A stretch of DNA of 64,000 nucleotides from an uncultured Bacilli bacterium (lineage in GTDB: Bacteria > Bacillota_I > Bacilli_A > RF39 > UBA660). Location of the stretch: contig CAKOYV010000001.1 of NCBI GenBank assembly GCA_934131005.1, positions 13,216-77,215 of the forward strand, given 5' to 3'. Below are positions 1-11,078 of the stretch, piece by piece; the first letter of the stretch is position 1; each line of letters begins with the position of its first letter. The position numbers and the translations under genes are program-made. Under the pieces are notes generated by a model. The model was given only the letters and a program-made list of their open reading frames with translations. It had not been told where the DNA came from and made no database searches.

Positions 1-116
1 CCATTTATATCTCTAAGTTTTGTAAAATCAAATTCATAAACTTTTCTATAATCATCAAATATCCCTTTTTTCAAGATTAATCTTTCACTTTCTAAATCAG
101 GCGTCACATACTTCAT
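1..116 (-). CDS. N-terminal fragment of a possible GNAT-family acetyltransferase (runs off the left edge)
   Basis: Minus-strand ATG at 116..114 opens MKYVTPDLESERLILKKGIFDDYRKVYEFDF. The ERLIL opening resembles RimJ/RimL-type GNATs. Only about 38 codons are visible. Confidence 0.3.
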   Translation of the reverse strand, partial: MKYVTPDLESERLILKKGIFDDYRKVYEFDFTKLRDIN

Positions 117-241
117 ATTATCATCCTATCTACATATATCTATTTTTATAAAAAATCATCATAACTTCCCATAACATTTTATCATAATTTTTCTTCTATT
201 AAAAGTCTATGTTTAAAAGAAAAAAAGAGACTGTAACATCT

Positions 242-2212
242 CTAAAATTCTACATACTTACCCGTATTATAAATAACATTATTAATTTCTACATAAATAG
301 AATACTTACCACTCAATCCTTCTTCATTTATATACTTAGTAACATCTATTCCACTTACCTTCTCTTCCTCTGTAAATACATCAACACATAAAGCTGTATA
401 AGGCTTCTTACTAATTGGTACATTATATATTTTCTTAGAACCATTTTTATATAAAATTATATTAACATTACTACCTCTTTTAAATTGGCCCTTAAATACT
501 AATCTATCAATTTCTTTACTAAGCTTAATTTTATGTGCCTTATATTTCTTATCTATCTTTTTACTATTTGTAACAAAACCATACTCTTCCTCAGTCGTAT
601 CAGTCTTACCTAAACTACCAACTCTCTTAGTACGCCCTAGCCTATACTTATCATTACTATACATACTCATCTTCTCAACACGATAATTATTAGTTGGCAA
701 TACCAATTCAAAAATAACCTTATCATTAAGCAATTCCACTGTATCAGATACTAACTTATCAGCGCCTCCAATACCAGCCGGTTGATTAGAATTTTTACCA
801 TTAACATAAACAATTCCACCAGAATGTACTATATAATGATTAGATGCTAAATAATCAACATCAGAAATATATGGTGAATAAAAGGCCGCTCCTCTACTCT
901 TACCATATTCAAAGACTTGACTAATAGTCATTTTTTTAGTATTAATCTTATACATAACTCCCCTAGAATAACTAGCATCAGCACTAACATACTTATCTTT
1001 ATCTTTCGACTTATTATTCCCATTATCAAACAAAAATACATATCCTTCTGGCGTAATCATTGCCGCATGTTGACTCCATTGCCATTCAAAATTATCTCCC
1101 TCTGGTTTAAAGAAATATTTCTGATATTTCTTACTCCAATTAGTAGAGTCTCCTAAAATCCAATTAAGTTTTCCTGTCTTATAACTAATATTTATAACAG
1201 CATCTTGATGTCTACCTGATAGAGTTATTGAATCAGTTTTCTTATCATACCAAACAGAATTATTATGAAACCAATCATAACTAGACCAATTCTCACTCTT
1301 ACCATCTTGCATATTTAAAATATCCTTCAAACCAAACGTCTTAACAATCTTACCATTATTTCTATCTATCTCTACAACATAATCCTCAACTGTACCATCA
1401 TCATTATTAAAATCATCACTAGCAACCAACAAATTACCATTAGGCATCTCATAATAATCATGATGATATCCACCCTTTAGAGAATATTCTTTATATATCT
1501 TTCCTAGCATATCAATCTCATACAACCCCGTCATATAATAAGGACTATTAATAAGCCTTTCTGTACTAACTAGCATATGTCCATTGCGAAGACGTGTATT
1601 ATCCCATAGAGCATTTTGTGTCAAATACCATCTAACATCTCCATTTATATCATAAGCACAAGTATATCCCTTACTAGATGGAGTATAAAAATACAAATCA
1701 TTAGAAAGCTTATCTTTATCAGCATAAACCTTACTAGGCAAAATAAAATCATCAGGCAACTTATCAGTCTTAATCTTAATCGTATGAGAAAACTTTTTAC
1801 CATTAAGATTATATTCTAATAAAACCCTATTATCATAATCAGGATATAACCCATAAATAGGCAAATAATGTACTCGTTCAGAAGAAAAAGTATTTGTATA
1901 GGTAGACTTATCGTCTTTACCACAAATAGTAACCTTAATTGAAACACTATCCTTAGTCTCAAAAATAACAAGTGCTGTCAAAGGCGATATTTTATAGGGA
2001 TTTAAAATAACATTAGGCTTATCAAAAGTATATCCCTGACTACTAAACTCATCTTCATACCTCTCCTCTTTTAAAACCAAACTATCAGTCTGATGAACCT
2101 TACTCTTATTAGTCGATTTATCATCAAGAGAAAGAAAAATAAAACCACAAACTAATAATATTAATAAAATTATTCCCCCAACTAAATATTTTATTTTTTT
2201 CATCTTCTTCAT
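242..2212 (-). CDS. Arylsulfotransferase (ASST) family protein, membrane-anchored or secreted
   Basis: 656-aa ORF with an N-terminal hydrophobic anchor. It has beta-propeller-type ASST motifs: HHDYYEMPNGNLLV, YVVEIDRNNGKIVKTF, DWFHNNSVWYDKKTDSITLSGRHQDAVINISYKTGKLNWILGD and WQWSQHAA. Confidence 0.65.
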   Translation of the reverse strand: MKKMKKIKYLVGGIILLILLVCGFIFLSLDDKSTNKSKVHQTDSLVLKEERYEDEFSSQGYTFDKPNVILNPYKISPLTALVIFETKDSVSIKVTICGKDDKSTYTNTFSSERVHYLPIYGLYPDYDNRVLLEYNLNGKKFSHTIKIKTDKLPDDFILPSKVYADKDKLSNDLYFYTPSSKGYTCAYDINGDVRWYLTQNALWDNTRLRNGHMLVSTERLINSPYYMTGLYEIDMLGKIYKEYSLKGGYHHDYYEMPNGNLLVASDDFNNDDGTVEDYVVEIDRNNGKIVKTFGLKDILNMQDGKSENWSSYDWFHNNSVWYDKKTDSITLSGRHQDAVINISYKTGKLNWILGDSTNWSKKYQKYFFKPEGDNFEWQWSQHAAMITPEGYVFLFDNGNNKSKDKDKYVSADASYSRGVMYKINTKKMTISQVFEYGKSRGAAFYSPYISDVDYLASNHYIVHSGGIVYVNGKNSNQPAGIGGADKLVSDTVELLNDKVIFELVLPTNNYRVEKMSMYSNDKYRLGRTKRVGSLGKTDTTEEEYGFVTNSKKIDKKYKAHKIKLSKEIDRLVFKGQFKRGSNVNIILYKNGSKKIYNVPISKKPYTALCVDVFTEEEKVSGIDVTKYINEEGLSGKYSIYVEINNVIYNTGKYVEF

Positions 2213-2321
2213 TCTAATACCTCACTTCCTAAATATAATTTTAACTAAACTATAAAAAATAAGCAATAAACTTAAAGTTGAACTACTCAACTTCTAGTTG
2301 AATTAAATAATTTCCAAAAAC

Positions 2322-4907
2322 TTATCTAGCATATTTATTTATAACTTCCAAACAACTACCATCATTTTTCTTCTTAACAACTATTTTTTTATCTATTCTT
2401 GAAATAAGTTCATCAACATGAGAAATAATTCCTACTAGCTTATCATTATCAACTAAATCACTAAGCGTATTTATAGCTTGATTAAGAGCATCCTGATCTA
2501 AAGAGCCAAAGCCTTCATCAATAAATAAACAATCAACCTTAATTCCTCCAGCATACATACTTATAACATCAGATAATCCAAGTGCTAGTGCTAAAGAAGC
2601 CGTAAACTTCTCACCTCCTGATAAAGTAGACACTTCTCTTACTCGTCCAGTATAGGCATCATTTACTGAAAAATCTAAACCAACTTTCCCACGAAGTGAC
2701 AAATTATCCATCTTAACTAACTCATACCTACCATCAGTCATTTTAACCAATCTTTTATTAGCTTCTCTTAAAACATTAGTTAAATAATAAGATTGAACAT
2801 AATTCTCAAAAGTCATTCTCATATGCCCTGTAAGAGCTCCGTTAGCCGTATCACTAATTCGCCTCTTCATCATCAATTCTTCGAAAACTTCTTCATACTT
2901 ACAATTATATTCAACTATAGTCCGAATACTATCTTCTAACCTTAAAACAAAAGCACTAGAATCAATATACTTCTTATCAATAGAATTATACTGCTTATCT
3001 ATCTCTAAAGCAATTTCTCTCTCATGACTAACATCAACAACACAGCTATCCCCTACTTCTTCTTCCAACAAAGAAATAGTTGTTGAATAATTCATAACCT
3101 GCTTATCATATTCTTGAACCTTTTTCTGTAATTTTTTCAACTTCAAAGAATCAACAACCTTCTCATCATAGGAAGTAGCATTAGTATCATACTCTAAATA
3201 TAACTTTTCTAATTTTTGATTACCAATATCAATATTTTTTCTAAGATTATCTAACTCTTTTTTATAAACTTCAATAACTTCCAAAAGAGCTTGTTTTTGG
3301 GAAGTCAACTCTATCTTCAAACTAGATAAATCATTATATTCTTCCTCTAATTTATCTCTATCACTAACTATCTTTAATTCCCTATCCAAATATAACTTGC
3401 CATGATCCCTAACATCTTCTAGACTTAAATTAAGTTCATCTATTTCTTCCTTCAAAGTATCAATATGCATAATAATACTATCTTTATTTCTAGCATACTC
3501 TAAAACTTCATTTCTTTTTAAATTAATATCTTCCTTGGTATAACTATCAATAGGCTTAACAGCTAACTTAGGATGCCTAACTGAACCACAAACTAAGCAA
3601 GCTTCTCCTTCTTTTAAATTTTCTGCTAAAAGATATGCTTCATTCAAATAAAATGCCTCTTCCATCAATACCTCTTCTTTAACCGAAGCATCATAACAAG
3701 CTATTACTTCTTTTAATCTCACTGTCTCATCATCAATCATCTTCATCTTTTTCTCATATGTTTTAATCTTATCTAACTTATCCCGAACCAAATTAACCTC
3801 ATCATTTAACTTTTTAATTAACTCCGGATACCTCTCTAATCTCTCAAAAGATTCCTTATTCAAAGAAATTTTCTTCTCTAATTTTTTCAAATCTAACATA
3901 GCATCATCAAGCTTAGCTGTTAAATTCTTAACACTCCCCTCATCCTTTTCTAATAAAGTTCTAACATTTCTAACTTCCGGCACAACATTCAAATTATAAT
4001 CTAAAATTTCTCGGTCTAAACAAACAGATGAATAACCATTCTTTAATTTAGTTAAACATTCTCTTGTATCATGCAATTTAATAATCTTTTCATTCATCTT
4101 CTCAACATTTTCAAGATAAATAGCCATTTCTTTTTTCTTATTATGTAGCCCAGTTCTCTTACTTTCTAACCTACCTAGCGTCTCCTTCTCTAACTCAAGT
4201 CTCTTATTAAGAGTATCTATAACATCATCATTAGTTAAATTCTTGCAATCCAAATCTGTTATTTTTCCCTTTTCCTTATCTAGAAGTAGTTTTATCTGAT
4301 TATATCGCACCTCACACTCACGGCAATCATTTTTTAACCTAAGCATAATATTACTATAAATATCCGTTGCAAATATTTTTCTAAAAATAGAAGTTCTCTC
4401 TTCTGAAGAAGCCATCAAAAACTTTGTAAACTCTCCCTGCGATAACATCGAAATTTGACAAAATTGTTTATAATCTAGACCTAATAGCTCTTCTAAATAA
4501 CTACTAACATCACCAGGTTTAACTAGTTTGCGAGAATCTACTTCCATAAAAGCACTAGCAGGCTCTCTAACAAAACCAACGCCTCTTTTCTTTTTTCTCA
4601 TATATTCAGGTGATCTTCTAACACAATAAAGTTTATTATTATGATAAAATTCTAATTCTACATAAGTTAAAACATTCGCTTTAGCAAAATCACTACGTAG
4701 TGAATTAACTTTCCTACTCTCAAGCGAAGTGCGTCCATATAAAGCAAAACAAATAGCATCAAAAATAGTTGACTTACCACTTCCCGTAGGTCCAGTTATT
4801 AATAATAAACCATTATCAATATCATATTTTGAAAAATCTATTACCGTCTTTTCTCTAAAAGCTAAAAAAGCTTGCATTGTTAACTTTTTAACTCTCACAT
4901 TTATCAT
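2322..4907 (-). CDS. sbcC: DNA repair exonuclease SbcC (Rad50-like ATPase)
   Basis: 861 aa. Walker A GPTGSGKST, a long coiled-coil centre with a CxxC hook (CLVCGS), ABC signature LSGGEKF and Walker B LFIDEGFGSLD. The start overlaps the sbcD stop. Confidence 0.9.
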   Translation of the reverse strand: MINVRVKKLTMQAFLAFREKTVIDFSKYDIDNGLLLITGPTGSGKSTIFDAICFALYGRTSLESRKVNSLRSDFAKANVLTYVELEFYHNNKLYCVRRSPEYMRKKKRGVGFVREPASAFMEVDSRKLVKPGDVSSYLEELLGLDYKQFCQISMLSQGEFTKFLMASSEERTSIFRKIFATDIYSNIMLRLKNDCRECEVRYNQIKLLLDKEKGKITDLDCKNLTNDDVIDTLNKRLELEKETLGRLESKRTGLHNKKKEMAIYLENVEKMNEKIIKLHDTRECLTKLKNGYSSVCLDREILDYNLNVVPEVRNVRTLLEKDEGSVKNLTAKLDDAMLDLKKLEKKISLNKESFERLERYPELIKKLNDEVNLVRDKLDKIKTYEKKMKMIDDETVRLKEVIACYDASVKEEVLMEEAFYLNEAYLLAENLKEGEACLVCGSVRHPKLAVKPIDSYTKEDINLKRNEVLEYARNKDSIIMHIDTLKEEIDELNLSLEDVRDHGKLYLDRELKIVSDRDKLEEEYNDLSSLKIELTSQKQALLEVIEVYKKELDNLRKNIDIGNQKLEKLYLEYDTNATSYDEKVVDSLKLKKLQKKVQEYDKQVMNYSTTISLLEEEVGDSCVVDVSHEREIALEIDKQYNSIDKKYIDSSAFVLRLEDSIRTIVEYNCKYEEVFEELMMKRRISDTANGALTGHMRMTFENYVQSYYLTNVLREANKRLVKMTDGRYELVKMDNLSLRGKVGLDFSVNDAYTGRVREVSTLSGGEKFTASLALALGLSDVISMYAGGIKVDCLFIDEGFGSLDQDALNQAINTLSDLVDNDKLVGIISHVDELISRIDKKIVVKKKNDGSCLEVINKYAR

Positions 4908-6012
4908 CCTCTTTCGCTAAATCAACAATTTTCTCAAAATATTTATATTCATCATCACTCATCTTACATCCATTCTGTACTTCATAAAAATTATTAAACA
5001 ACTCTAGCGAACTGTCCATCTTAACCATCTCATAATCAGAAGCATTATTACCATCTTGCTTAGAAACAAACCCCAAAGAAAGAGCATTAGGAAACTTCCC
5101 CTTAAGCACTTCCATTGGTGAAATTAAATTATCTAAATCATTAAGTTCTATTCTAATCAGATCATCACTATCATTAAGCTTCATAATATCATTAAAATAA
5201 CCCCTAATAACCCGAAGCTTACGAAGTGGCTCAATCTCCACTACAATTGTCTCCATATTATCTGTATCCAATATAACAACACTATTAAAATTACCAATAT
5301 CATTAAAAGAATACTTAAGTGGTGAACCAGAATATCTAATTTTATTACCTTCTACAAAGTATCCCTTATGAATATGACCTAAAGCAACATAATCAAAATC
5401 ATCAAAAACATGACTATCAATTGCATCTATTGTTCCAACATTAAAATCTTTAAGATGAGTATCATCAATAGAATTATTTCCTGATATAACAAACTGGTGA
5501 GCCACTAAAATATTCTTCTTACTATCATCAATTTCCTCATGTGCCAAAATCCAACTAATCATATCCTGAGATGTCTTAATCTCTTCATACTCTTTATCAC
5601 TAATAAAATTCTTTAAGTGAAAAGGCTTCATAAAGGGCAATAAATAAATGCAAACGTCCCCATAAGTATACTTACTAATACGCCCCTTATATTCCACTTC
5701 AATATGAATATTAACTTTCGAAAATAACTCTCTTCCATATTTTAATCTATCATTAGAATCATGATTACCACTAATAATAAAGGTTTTAATCCCTCTTTCA
5801 ACTAATTTATTCAAAAAATCATTAAGCATATTAACAGCCTCTATACTAGGAACATTCTTATCATAAACATCTCCTGCTATAATAATAGCATCAACCTTAT
5901 AATCATCTATAATTTTTATAATATTTAAAAGCATATGTCTCTGATCCAAATAAAGAGACTCTTCTAATAAACTACGTCCCAAATGTAAATCACTAGTATG
6001 TAATATTCTCAT
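4888..6012 (-). CDS. sbcD: DNA repair exonuclease SbcD (Mre11-like phosphoesterase)
   Basis: 374 aa with MRILHTSDLHLG, AGDVYD, GNHD and GHIH metallophosphoesterase motifs. It lies immediately upstream of sbcC. Confidence 0.9.
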   Translation of the reverse strand: MRILHTSDLHLGRSLLEESLYLDQRHMLLNIIKIIDDYKVDAIIIAGDVYDKNVPSIEAVNMLNDFLNKLVERGIKTFIISGNHDSNDRLKYGRELFSKVNIHIEVEYKGRISKYTYGDVCIYLLPFMKPFHLKNFISDKEYEEIKTSQDMISWILAHEEIDDSKKNILVAHQFVISGNNSIDDTHLKDFNVGTIDAIDSHVFDDFDYVALGHIHKGYFVEGNKIRYSGSPLKYSFNDIGNFNSVVILDTDNMETIVVEIEPLRKLRVIRGYFNDIMKLNDSDDLIRIELNDLDNLISPMEVLKGKFPNALSLGFVSKQDGNNASDYEMVKMDSSLELFNNFYEVQNGCKMSDDEYKYFEKIVDLAKEDDKCES

Positions 6013-6145
6013 ACTTCACCTCATACTAATTATAGCACATATTGTTTTTTCTACTTCCTAGATTAACTAACTTTAACTATTAAAAAAAGCACCAATCCAT
6101 AGGCACCAAAATACTAATATTTACAAATATATTCAAACTAATATT

Positions 6146-6493
6146 TTAACAATTATCCTGATATTGATAAGTATTATTACTACTAGTATATTTAACACAC
6201 CCCATAAACTTATCCCCATCAGCATCATGAATACTATTTTCTGACAAATATCCCTCACTAACTAAAACATCAAGAGAAATAATCGAAGAAGTCATTTCTT
6301 TTTTATGATCTGTAACATATAACTCTGCCGATCTTTCAATTATTTTTTTCAGATTCTCATTCTGACTATCTTTATTTTTCTCAAGAGAAGTAGTAATTGC
6401 TGGAACTGATACAGACATAATTCCAATCAATATTACTAAAACTGCTAATAGTTCAATCAAAGTAAATCCATGATTATTAAGCTTCCTCATCAT
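6146..6493 (-). CDS. Prepilin-type N-terminal cleavage/methylation domain protein (pseudopilin-like)
   Basis: 115 aa. N-terminus KLNNHGFTLIELLAVLVILIGI is the class III (type IV pilin) signal with G|FTLIE. Confidence 0.75.
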   Translation of the reverse strand: MMRKLNNHGFTLIELLAVLVILIGIMSVSVPAITTSLEKNKDSQNENLKKIIERSAELYVTDHKKEMTSSIISLDVLVSEGYLSENSIHDADGDKFMGCVKYTSSNNTYQYQDNC

Positions 6494-6586
6494 ATCACCT
6501 AACTCTTATTCTTACATATTAATTTTATCATGTTAAAGAAAAAAAGACAATAGAAAAAGAACCTCGTTCAAAAACGAAATTCCATC

Positions 6587-6877
6587 TTATCTTTCTGTAT
6601 ATACACTAACTTTTTTCTTATCTTTTCCTAAATGTTCATACTTAACATAACCACTAATAGTTGCATAAAGAGTATCATCTTTACCTCTACCAACATTAGT
6701 ACCAGGATGAATTTTAGTTCCTCTTTGACGATAAATAATTGAACCTGCAGTTACATATTCACCATCACTAGCTTTAGCACCTAATCTTCTACCAGCAGAA
6801 TCTCTACCATTTGAAGTAGAAGATTGACCCTTCTTATGCGCAAATAATTGAATATCAAAATTTAAAAATTCAAACAT
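6587..6877 (-). CDS. rpmA: 50S ribosomal protein L27 with a cleavable N-terminal extension
   Basis: 96 aa. [35 protein letters not shown] is the L27 core preceded by the Firmicute Prp-cleaved propeptide. Confidence 0.95.
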   Translation of the reverse strand: MFEFLNFDIQLFAHKKGQSSTSNGRDSAGRRLGAKASDGEYVTAGSIIYRQRGTKIHPGTNVGRGKDDTLYATISGYVKYEHLGKDKKKVSVYTER

Positions 6878-6890
6878 GTTATTTCCCTCC

Positions 6891-7202
6891 TTACTTTAAT
6901 TTTATATTTTTAGGATACTTAGCCTCTAAACTTTCAAAACATCTAATCATATTATCTATCAATTTTATAGTAATATTATCTGTTGATAAAACATTAATAA
7001 CCTGCTTATCATCACTACTAAATACTTCTATAGCCTGATTATTAATAGATAAAATCCCATTCACAGTACACAACATCGTCGCACTACAAGCAGCACAAAC
7101 AATATCTTGTCCATAAGAAGAATAATCAGCATGTCCTGTAAAAGTTATTTTTTTTACATAATCACCATTTCTTGTAATTTTAATTCTAAGCATTAATATC
7201 AA
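6891..7202 (-). CDS. prp: Ribosomal-processing cysteine protease Prp (YsxB family)
   Basis: 103-aa ORF between rplU and rpmA, carrying the GHADY...DIVCAACS His/Cys motif. Confidence 0.85.
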   Translation of the reverse strand: MILMLRIKITRNGDYVKKITFTGHADYSSYGQDIVCAACSATMLCTVNGILSINNQAIEVFSSDDKQVINVLSTDNITIKLIDNMIRCFESLEAKYPKNIKLK

Positions 7203-7204
7203 CC

Positions 7205-7504
7205 TTACTTAATTTTAGTAATTTCAACTTTAGTATATGGTTGACGATGTCCTTGTCTTTTTCTAGTACTAGTCTTCTTAGGTTTATAAGTAAAGATATT
7301 AATTTTCTTACCCTTACCATTCTTAATTACCTTACCTTCAACACTAGCACCCTTAACATAAGGATTACCTATAACACCATTTGCCATAAGTACTTTATCG
7401 AAAACAACCTTATCTCCTTCAGAAGCATCTAATTTTTCAATATAAATAACTGCCTTCTCTTCAACAGAGTATTGTTTTCCACCTGTTTCAATAATAGCTT
7501 TCAT
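7205..7504 (-). CDS. rplU: 50S ribosomal protein L21
   Basis: 99 aa, [12 protein letters not shown]...GHRQPYTKV, in the conserved rplU-prp-rpmA order. Confidence 0.95.
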   Translation of the reverse strand: MKAIIETGGKQYSVEEKAVIYIEKLDASEGDKVVFDKVLMANGVIGNPYVKGASVEGKVIKNGKGKKINIFTYKPKKTSTRKRQGHRQPYTKVEITKIK

Positions 7505-7625
7505 TTTCTTACCTCCTTAATAATATATTTGATTTAAGACTCGCCCTTAAGGTGGATAATTATCCTTAATACCTCTTCAGTGCGGTTGAGTAAACAACTC
7601 GAGGTCTTTAAAACATAATAAATTC
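7505..7625 (-). ncRNA. Possible L21 (rplU) ribosomal-protein leader
   Basis: A locally GC-richer, self-complementary stretch (cgcccttaaggtgg, cagtgcggttgag, ctcgaggtc) lies directly 5' of rplU in an otherwise AT-rich intergenic region. Firmicute rplU operons are known to carry a structured leader. No covariance model was run. Confidence 0.35.
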
Positions 7626-7806
7626 TACCATAAATACCACTTATAGTCAAATAAAATTAAAGAAATTATGTAAAATTAACCAAAATATATCTATCCATCT
7701 TCCCTTAAAAACATATTCAGCAATTATTATTTCAAAAAAAATACAACCTATCATATTGTAAATTACCATATCCTTTGTTATAATTATCATAGGAAGTGGT
7801 GATTAA

Positions 7807-8367
7807 ATGGATGCTTTAATGCTCTTAATATTATGTATTATAATTATTATTTGTCTACTATCAGGAATATATATATATTTATATAACAGAATTCAAGATT
7901 ATATAGTAAAAATAAATGAAATAGAATCTATTATTGATACCAATCTTCGTAACAAATACGATAACATCAATAGATGTGTATCAATTATTAAAAATGATGA
8001 AAAAGTTAGCAAAGAACTTGATAAAAATATGTTCGAAGAAGTAGTAAGATTAAGAAATAGAAAAATATCTAACTTTGATTTAGATAGAAAACTAATTGAT
8101 GCTAATAATCAATTTATTACATTAAAAGAAAAATATCCTACTATAAGCGAAATAAAAGATATTCAAGATATTACTAAAAAAGTTGAAGATTGTGATGAAA
8201 AGTTAGCTGTTAATCGTGATTATTATAATAGAAATATAGCTGAATACAACAAATTAGTAAAATTATTCCCAACCAATATAGTAGCCAAAATATGTAAATA
8301 TCAAGAAAAATTATTTTTCGACAGAAAAGATATGTCTGATGATGATTACAATGATTTTAAACTCTAA
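7807..8367 (+). CDS. lemA: LemA family membrane protein
   Basis: 186 aa with an N-terminal TM helix, then the LemA-type pattern YNRIQDY...NEIESIIDTNLRNKYD...RDYYNRNIAEYNKLVKLFPTNIVA. Confidence 0.75.
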   Translation: MDALMLLILCIIIIICLLSGIYIYLYNRIQDYIVKINEIESIIDTNLRNKYDNINRCVSIIKNDEKVSKELDKNMFEEVVRLRNRKISNFDLDRKLIDANNQFITLKEKYPTISEIKDIQDITKKVEDCDEKLAVNRDYYNRNIAEYNKLVKLFPTNIVAKICKYQEKLFFDRKDMSDDDYNDFKL

Positions 8368-8432
8368 ACGAAAATGAAACAATTAAAATTTATAAAAGAC
8401 AAAAAATTAGAATTTTAAAACTCTAATTTTTT

Positions 8433-11078
8433 TTATAACCATTCATGATTTTTCTTTATATAAATCTTTTTAATAACTGTAACAATACCAAAGTAAAGTG
8501 CTATTAATATTAATAAATAAAAATAATAACTAAGTGGCAATATCTCAAAATTAAATTCACTAACTCCTGATAAAATTATTGGTGTAATCAAAGTCAAAAC
8601 ACCTGAAAATAATGTCAAACCAACTAAAACTTTGGAGGCATCAAACGAAGTAAATGGATTCTTACTAGTTCGAACATTATAAATAATCATAAGTTCTGTA
8701 ATAAGACAAGTAACAAACCACGCTGTTTGAAAATAACTCTGTTTAGAAACATTATTATATCCCAAAATATAGAAGAAGATAATAAAAGACAAAACATCAA
8801 TAAATGAACTAGTTATCCCCATAACCTTCATAAATTTAGAAATTCCTTTCGTATTCCATTTATGAGGACTTTTTAAAAATTCCATATCAACATTATCATA
8901 AGGAATACCTATTTGTGAAAAATCATAAATAAAATCTTGTATTAGCATTTGAATTGGCAAAAGTGGTAAAAATGGTAAAAAAATACTAGCAATCATAATA
9001 CTAAAAACATCACCAAAATCAGCACTCAAAGCCATTTTCATATATTTAATAATATTACCATAAACCCGTCTTCCCTCAATAACACCATCATAAATAACTT
9101 GCAAATCTTTTTCTAATAAAATTATTGAACTAGCCTCTCTAGCAATATCAGTTGCCGTATTTACAGAAATTCCTACATCAGCCTTCTGCAAAGAAGGAGC
9201 ATCATTAACACCATCACCCATATAACCAACTACATGACCATTTTTTCTAAAAGCCTCAACAACTCTTTCTTTTTGAAGTGGATTAAGTCTTGCAAAAACT
9301 GAAACCTGCTCAATTTTAATAAGTAGCTCATCTGATGACATTTTATCAATATCACTACCAATTAAAACATTATCCCCATCCAAACCTACCAACTCACAAA
9401 TATTACGAGCCGCATACTGATTATCACCAGTTAATATTTTAGTAGAAACTCCTATACTCTTTAATTTCTTCAGCACCTCATCAACACCATTTTTAGGAGG
9501 ATCAAGAAATGCTACAAAACCAATAAAAGTCATATCACACTCAAATGATGAATCAAAACGACTAGCACCTGGATATTCTCTTTTTTCACATAGAGCAATA
9601 ACTTGCATCCCTTCTCCTGCTAATTCACGAGCTCTCGCGATAATAACCTCAACCATCTTATCAGTAATTCTTCTATCAATACCATTCTTTCTAACCTTAG
9701 TACAAATTTTAATAATCTCTTCCAAAGCTCCTTTAGTAATCATTCTATATTCATTATCCCTAGAAACAATGACACTCATCTTTCTTCTATCATAATCAAA
9801 AGGAATTTCATCAACCTTAACATATCCTTGCACTTTTTCATCAATCAAATGCTCATCTGCATAAGAAATAATAGCCCTATCTACCAAATTTTTAACTCCA
9901 GTTGCATAAAAACTATTTAAATAAGCATACTCTAAAATATTATCATTCTCTTCCCCATAAGCATCAATATATTTTTGAACAGTTATACAATCTTCAGTTA
10001 AAGTTCCTGTTTTATCAGTACAAAGAATATCAATAGCCCCTAAATTCTCAATAGCTTCACTCATCTTAACTAAAGTTTTCTTCTTAGCCAAATTTTTACT
10101 TCCCTTTGTCAAATTAACATTAACAATCATTGGCAACATACTAGGAGTAATACCAACGGCAACAGACAACGCAAATAATAAAGCATTATTAAAGTCTCCC
10201 TTAATTAAACCATCTATAACTAAAACTACTAGACAAACAACAACCATATATTTGATCAAAAGATTAGTTATGTTCTTCATTCCAATAGAAAAGCTTGTCT
10301 CTCTGGGCTTAACATCAACTTCCTTACCTATTTTTCCTAAATAAGTATCAAACCCCGTTTTAATAACAATACCCGTTGCACTTCCACTAATAACACTAGC
10401 TCCCATCAAACAAATATCATCTAAATCAAACAAAGTTTTTTTTGCATCATGAGAAACACTAAATTTTTCAACAGGAATACTCTCTCCTGTAAATACAGCC
10501 TGATTAACAAATAAATCATGACTCTCAATAATTCGCACATCAGCAGGAATAACAGAACCAGCATTAAGCTTTACAACATCACCTAAAACAACATCGCAAA
10601 CAGGTATTAATTTATCACTACCATCTCTAATAACCATCGTACTTCCTGTTATCTGTTTCTTTAATTTCTTATTAAACTTATAAGTAGAATATTCTTGAAC
10701 AAATCTAATCGTTGCACTAATACAAGCTATCAATACAATAATAAAAGACCCCAATACATCTTTTAAATAAAAATTAATCCCCGCCAGTACTAATAAAACT
10801 ATAATAAAGTTATCCCGAAAAGCATTAACCATAAAATATAACCATGATTTATTATCTTCTCTAACAACTACATTAGCCCCAGCATCTTCTAACCTTGAAG
10901 CAGCATCCTTACTACTAAGACCACTAAGCGAACCATTACACATATCTATTGTTTTATCAACATCCATTAAAGAAATATCTTGATATTCCTTCAAACTAGA
11001 AGTATCATTATTTATTAAATTTTTATGAGCTTTCTTTATATCAAATATTTGTATCAATTTAACCACCTCTATTATCAT
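8433..11078 (-). CDS. mgtA: Magnesium-importing P-type ATPase MgtA
   Basis: 881 aa. TGESIPVEK, phosphorylation site CTDKTGTLT, hinge GDGVNDAPSL, and the MgtA-type C-terminal LPFLPLLPIQMLIQDFIYDFSQIGIPYDNVDMEFLKSPHKW. Confidence 0.85.
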   Translation of the reverse strand: MIIEVVKLIQIFDIKKAHKNLINNDTSSLKEYQDISLMDVDKTIDMCNGSLSGLSSKDAASRLEDAGANVVVREDNKSWLYFMVNAFRDNFIIVLLVLAGINFYLKDVLGSFIIVLIACISATIRFVQEYSTYKFNKKLKKQITGSTMVIRDGSDKLIPVCDVVLGDVVKLNAGSVIPADVRIIESHDLFVNQAVFTGESIPVEKFSVSHDAKKTLFDLDDICLMGASVISGSATGIVIKTGFDTYLGKIGKEVDVKPRETSFSIGMKNITNLLIKYMVVVCLVVLVIDGLIKGDFNNALLFALSVAVGITPSMLPMIVNVNLTKGSKNLAKKKTLVKMSEAIENLGAIDILCTDKTGTLTEDCITVQKYIDAYGEENDNILEYAYLNSFYATGVKNLVDRAIISYADEHLIDEKVQGYVKVDEIPFDYDRRKMSVIVSRDNEYRMITKGALEEIIKICTKVRKNGIDRRITDKMVEVIIARARELAGEGMQVIALCEKREYPGASRFDSSFECDMTFIGFVAFLDPPKNGVDEVLKKLKSIGVSTKILTGDNQYAARNICELVGLDGDNVLIGSDIDKMSSDELLIKIEQVSVFARLNPLQKERVVEAFRKNGHVVGYMGDGVNDAPSLQKADVGISVNTATDIAREASSIILLEKDLQVIYDGVIEGRRVYGNIIKYMKMALSADFGDVFSIMIASIFLPFLPLLPIQMLIQDFIYDFSQIGIPYDNVDMEFLKSPHKWNTKGISKFMKVMGITSSFIDVLSFIIFFYILGYNNVSKQSYFQTAWFVTCLITELMIIYNVRTSKNPFTSFDASKVLVGLTLFSGVLTLITPIILSGVSEFNFEILPLSYYFYLLILIALYFGIVTVIKKIYIKKNHEWL

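Noticed and set aside
209-391. Short plus-strand ORFs lying antisense to long minus-strand genes (209..391, 917..1156, 1616..1819, 4729..4920, 7241..7432, 17522..17716, 18769..19014, 23678..23878, 34255..34467, 37281..37508, 38988..39173, 49173..49388, 51878..52063, 56779..57060, 57710..57895, 63470..63694)
   Set aside because: They are fully embedded in well-supported genes on the opposite strand. Their Ile/Phe/Asn-rich, low-complexity composition is typical of antisense frames in AT-rich DNA. They have no RBS and no recognisable motifs.
6587-6877. N-terminal extension of L27 as something unusual
   Set aside because: This is the known Firmicute arrangement: the propeptide is removed by the Prp protease encoded between rplU and rpmA.
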